Of a DNA stretch of 64,000 nucleotides, positions 63,373-64,000 are shown piece after piece. Within the stretch, counting starts at the first letter, position 1, and every line of letters starts with the position of its first letter. The DNA comes from an uncultured Alphaproteobacteria bacterium (GTDB lineage Bacteria > Pseudomonadota > Alphaproteobacteria > Rhizobiales > Methyloligellaceae), in assembly GCA_963802845.1 (NCBI GenBank), contig CAWDKA010000014.1:1009-65008 (forward strand), written 5' to 3'. The notes beneath the pieces were generated by a model, which worked only from the letters and a program-made list of their open reading frames with translations, ran no database searches and was not told the origin of the DNA. A program made the position numbers and the translations under genes.

Positions 63373-64000
63373 TTAGTTCCGCCGGCGGAGGTGGTGCAGG
63401 GTAATTTCTGGGGGGCAGTTGAAGCGCACAGGGACAATGGATGAGCCTGCGCCTACCGAGGTGTAGCCAGTCAAGCCTCCGTACTTCCAAGCGCCGGAGC
63501 CCATAGAGCGGGGCAAAACCAAATCAAGCGTGATCGGGATGCCGCCGGGAAGGCAAATCTGACCACCATGGGTATGGCCGCTCAGCAAGAGATTGAAGCC
63601 GGCAAGCGCAGCCTGTCGATAAACTTCCGGGGTGTGTGAGATCAGAATCGAAAACTCGCCATCGGGTATTGCGGCAGCCACTTTATCGATGTCGTCCATT
63701 CGATAGAAATGGGCATCATCGATACCACCAAGATGAAGTCGTTGCCCGCTGCGCTCAATAATCTCGCCCTCATTGAGCAACATCCTTATCCCCATCGCCT
63801 CCAATCCGGGCACCATGCAAATGGTATCGTGATTGCCGAGCACGCCGTAGATCGGGGTCTTGAGACCGTCACGTACGCGCGCTACCCCAGCGAGAGTTGT
63901 GTCGTACGGACCGCAGGTTTCGCCTCGGTAGTCCCCCGTTAGAACGCAGATGTCATAGCGTGCCTCGCGGGTGAGTTCGACGACGCGCTTCATTGCGGCT
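63373..64000 (-). CDS. Metallophosphoesterase (starts beyond window edge)
   Basis: TGDY, LGNHD, SHTP, SGHTHGGQ. Confidence 0.9.
   Translation of the reverse strand, partial: AAMKRVVELTREARYDICVLTGDYRGETCGPYDTTLAGVARVRDGLKTPIYGVLGNHDTICMVPGLEAMGIRMLLNEGEIIERSGQRLHLGGIDDAHFYRMDDIDKVAAAIPDGEFSILISHTPEVYRQAALAGFNLLLSGHTHGGQICLPGGIPITLDLVLPRSMGSGAWKYGGLTGYTSVGAGSSIVPVRFNCPPEITLHHLRRRN

Overview
GC-rich alphaproteobacterial DNA (Hyphomicrobiales-like; lineage inferred from gene content such as Irr, phasins, PqqA, CIRCE-controlled groESL and sigma-EcfG promoters). The window is a mosaic accessory region with no rRNA, tRNA, transposase or integrase. It holds stress, redox and storage genes: soxYZ, irr, oxyR, a YdeP/FdhF molybdo-enzyme, groESL, three phasins plus a phasin fragment, a 2862-aa cyclic beta-1,2-glucan synthase-type protein, dodecin, a Cap12/Pycsar-type TIR protein, an ExoIII/5'-3' exonuclease fusion and putA. 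It also holds orphan subunits of core operons (nuoI, atpF, glcF, pqqA) and many frameshifted or truncated genes. The most striking non-coding signal is a family of about 28-nt hairpins (ATGTCCGCT-N9-12-AGCGGACAT). They occur singly or as ordered doublets and triplets with a period of about 46 nt at 13 gene junctions, giving a cassette-like architecture. Other signals are a three-copy promoter plus structured leader element, two candidate C-rich-loop sRNAs and repeated short tandem duplications. All calls come from reading motifs by eye; no database search was run.
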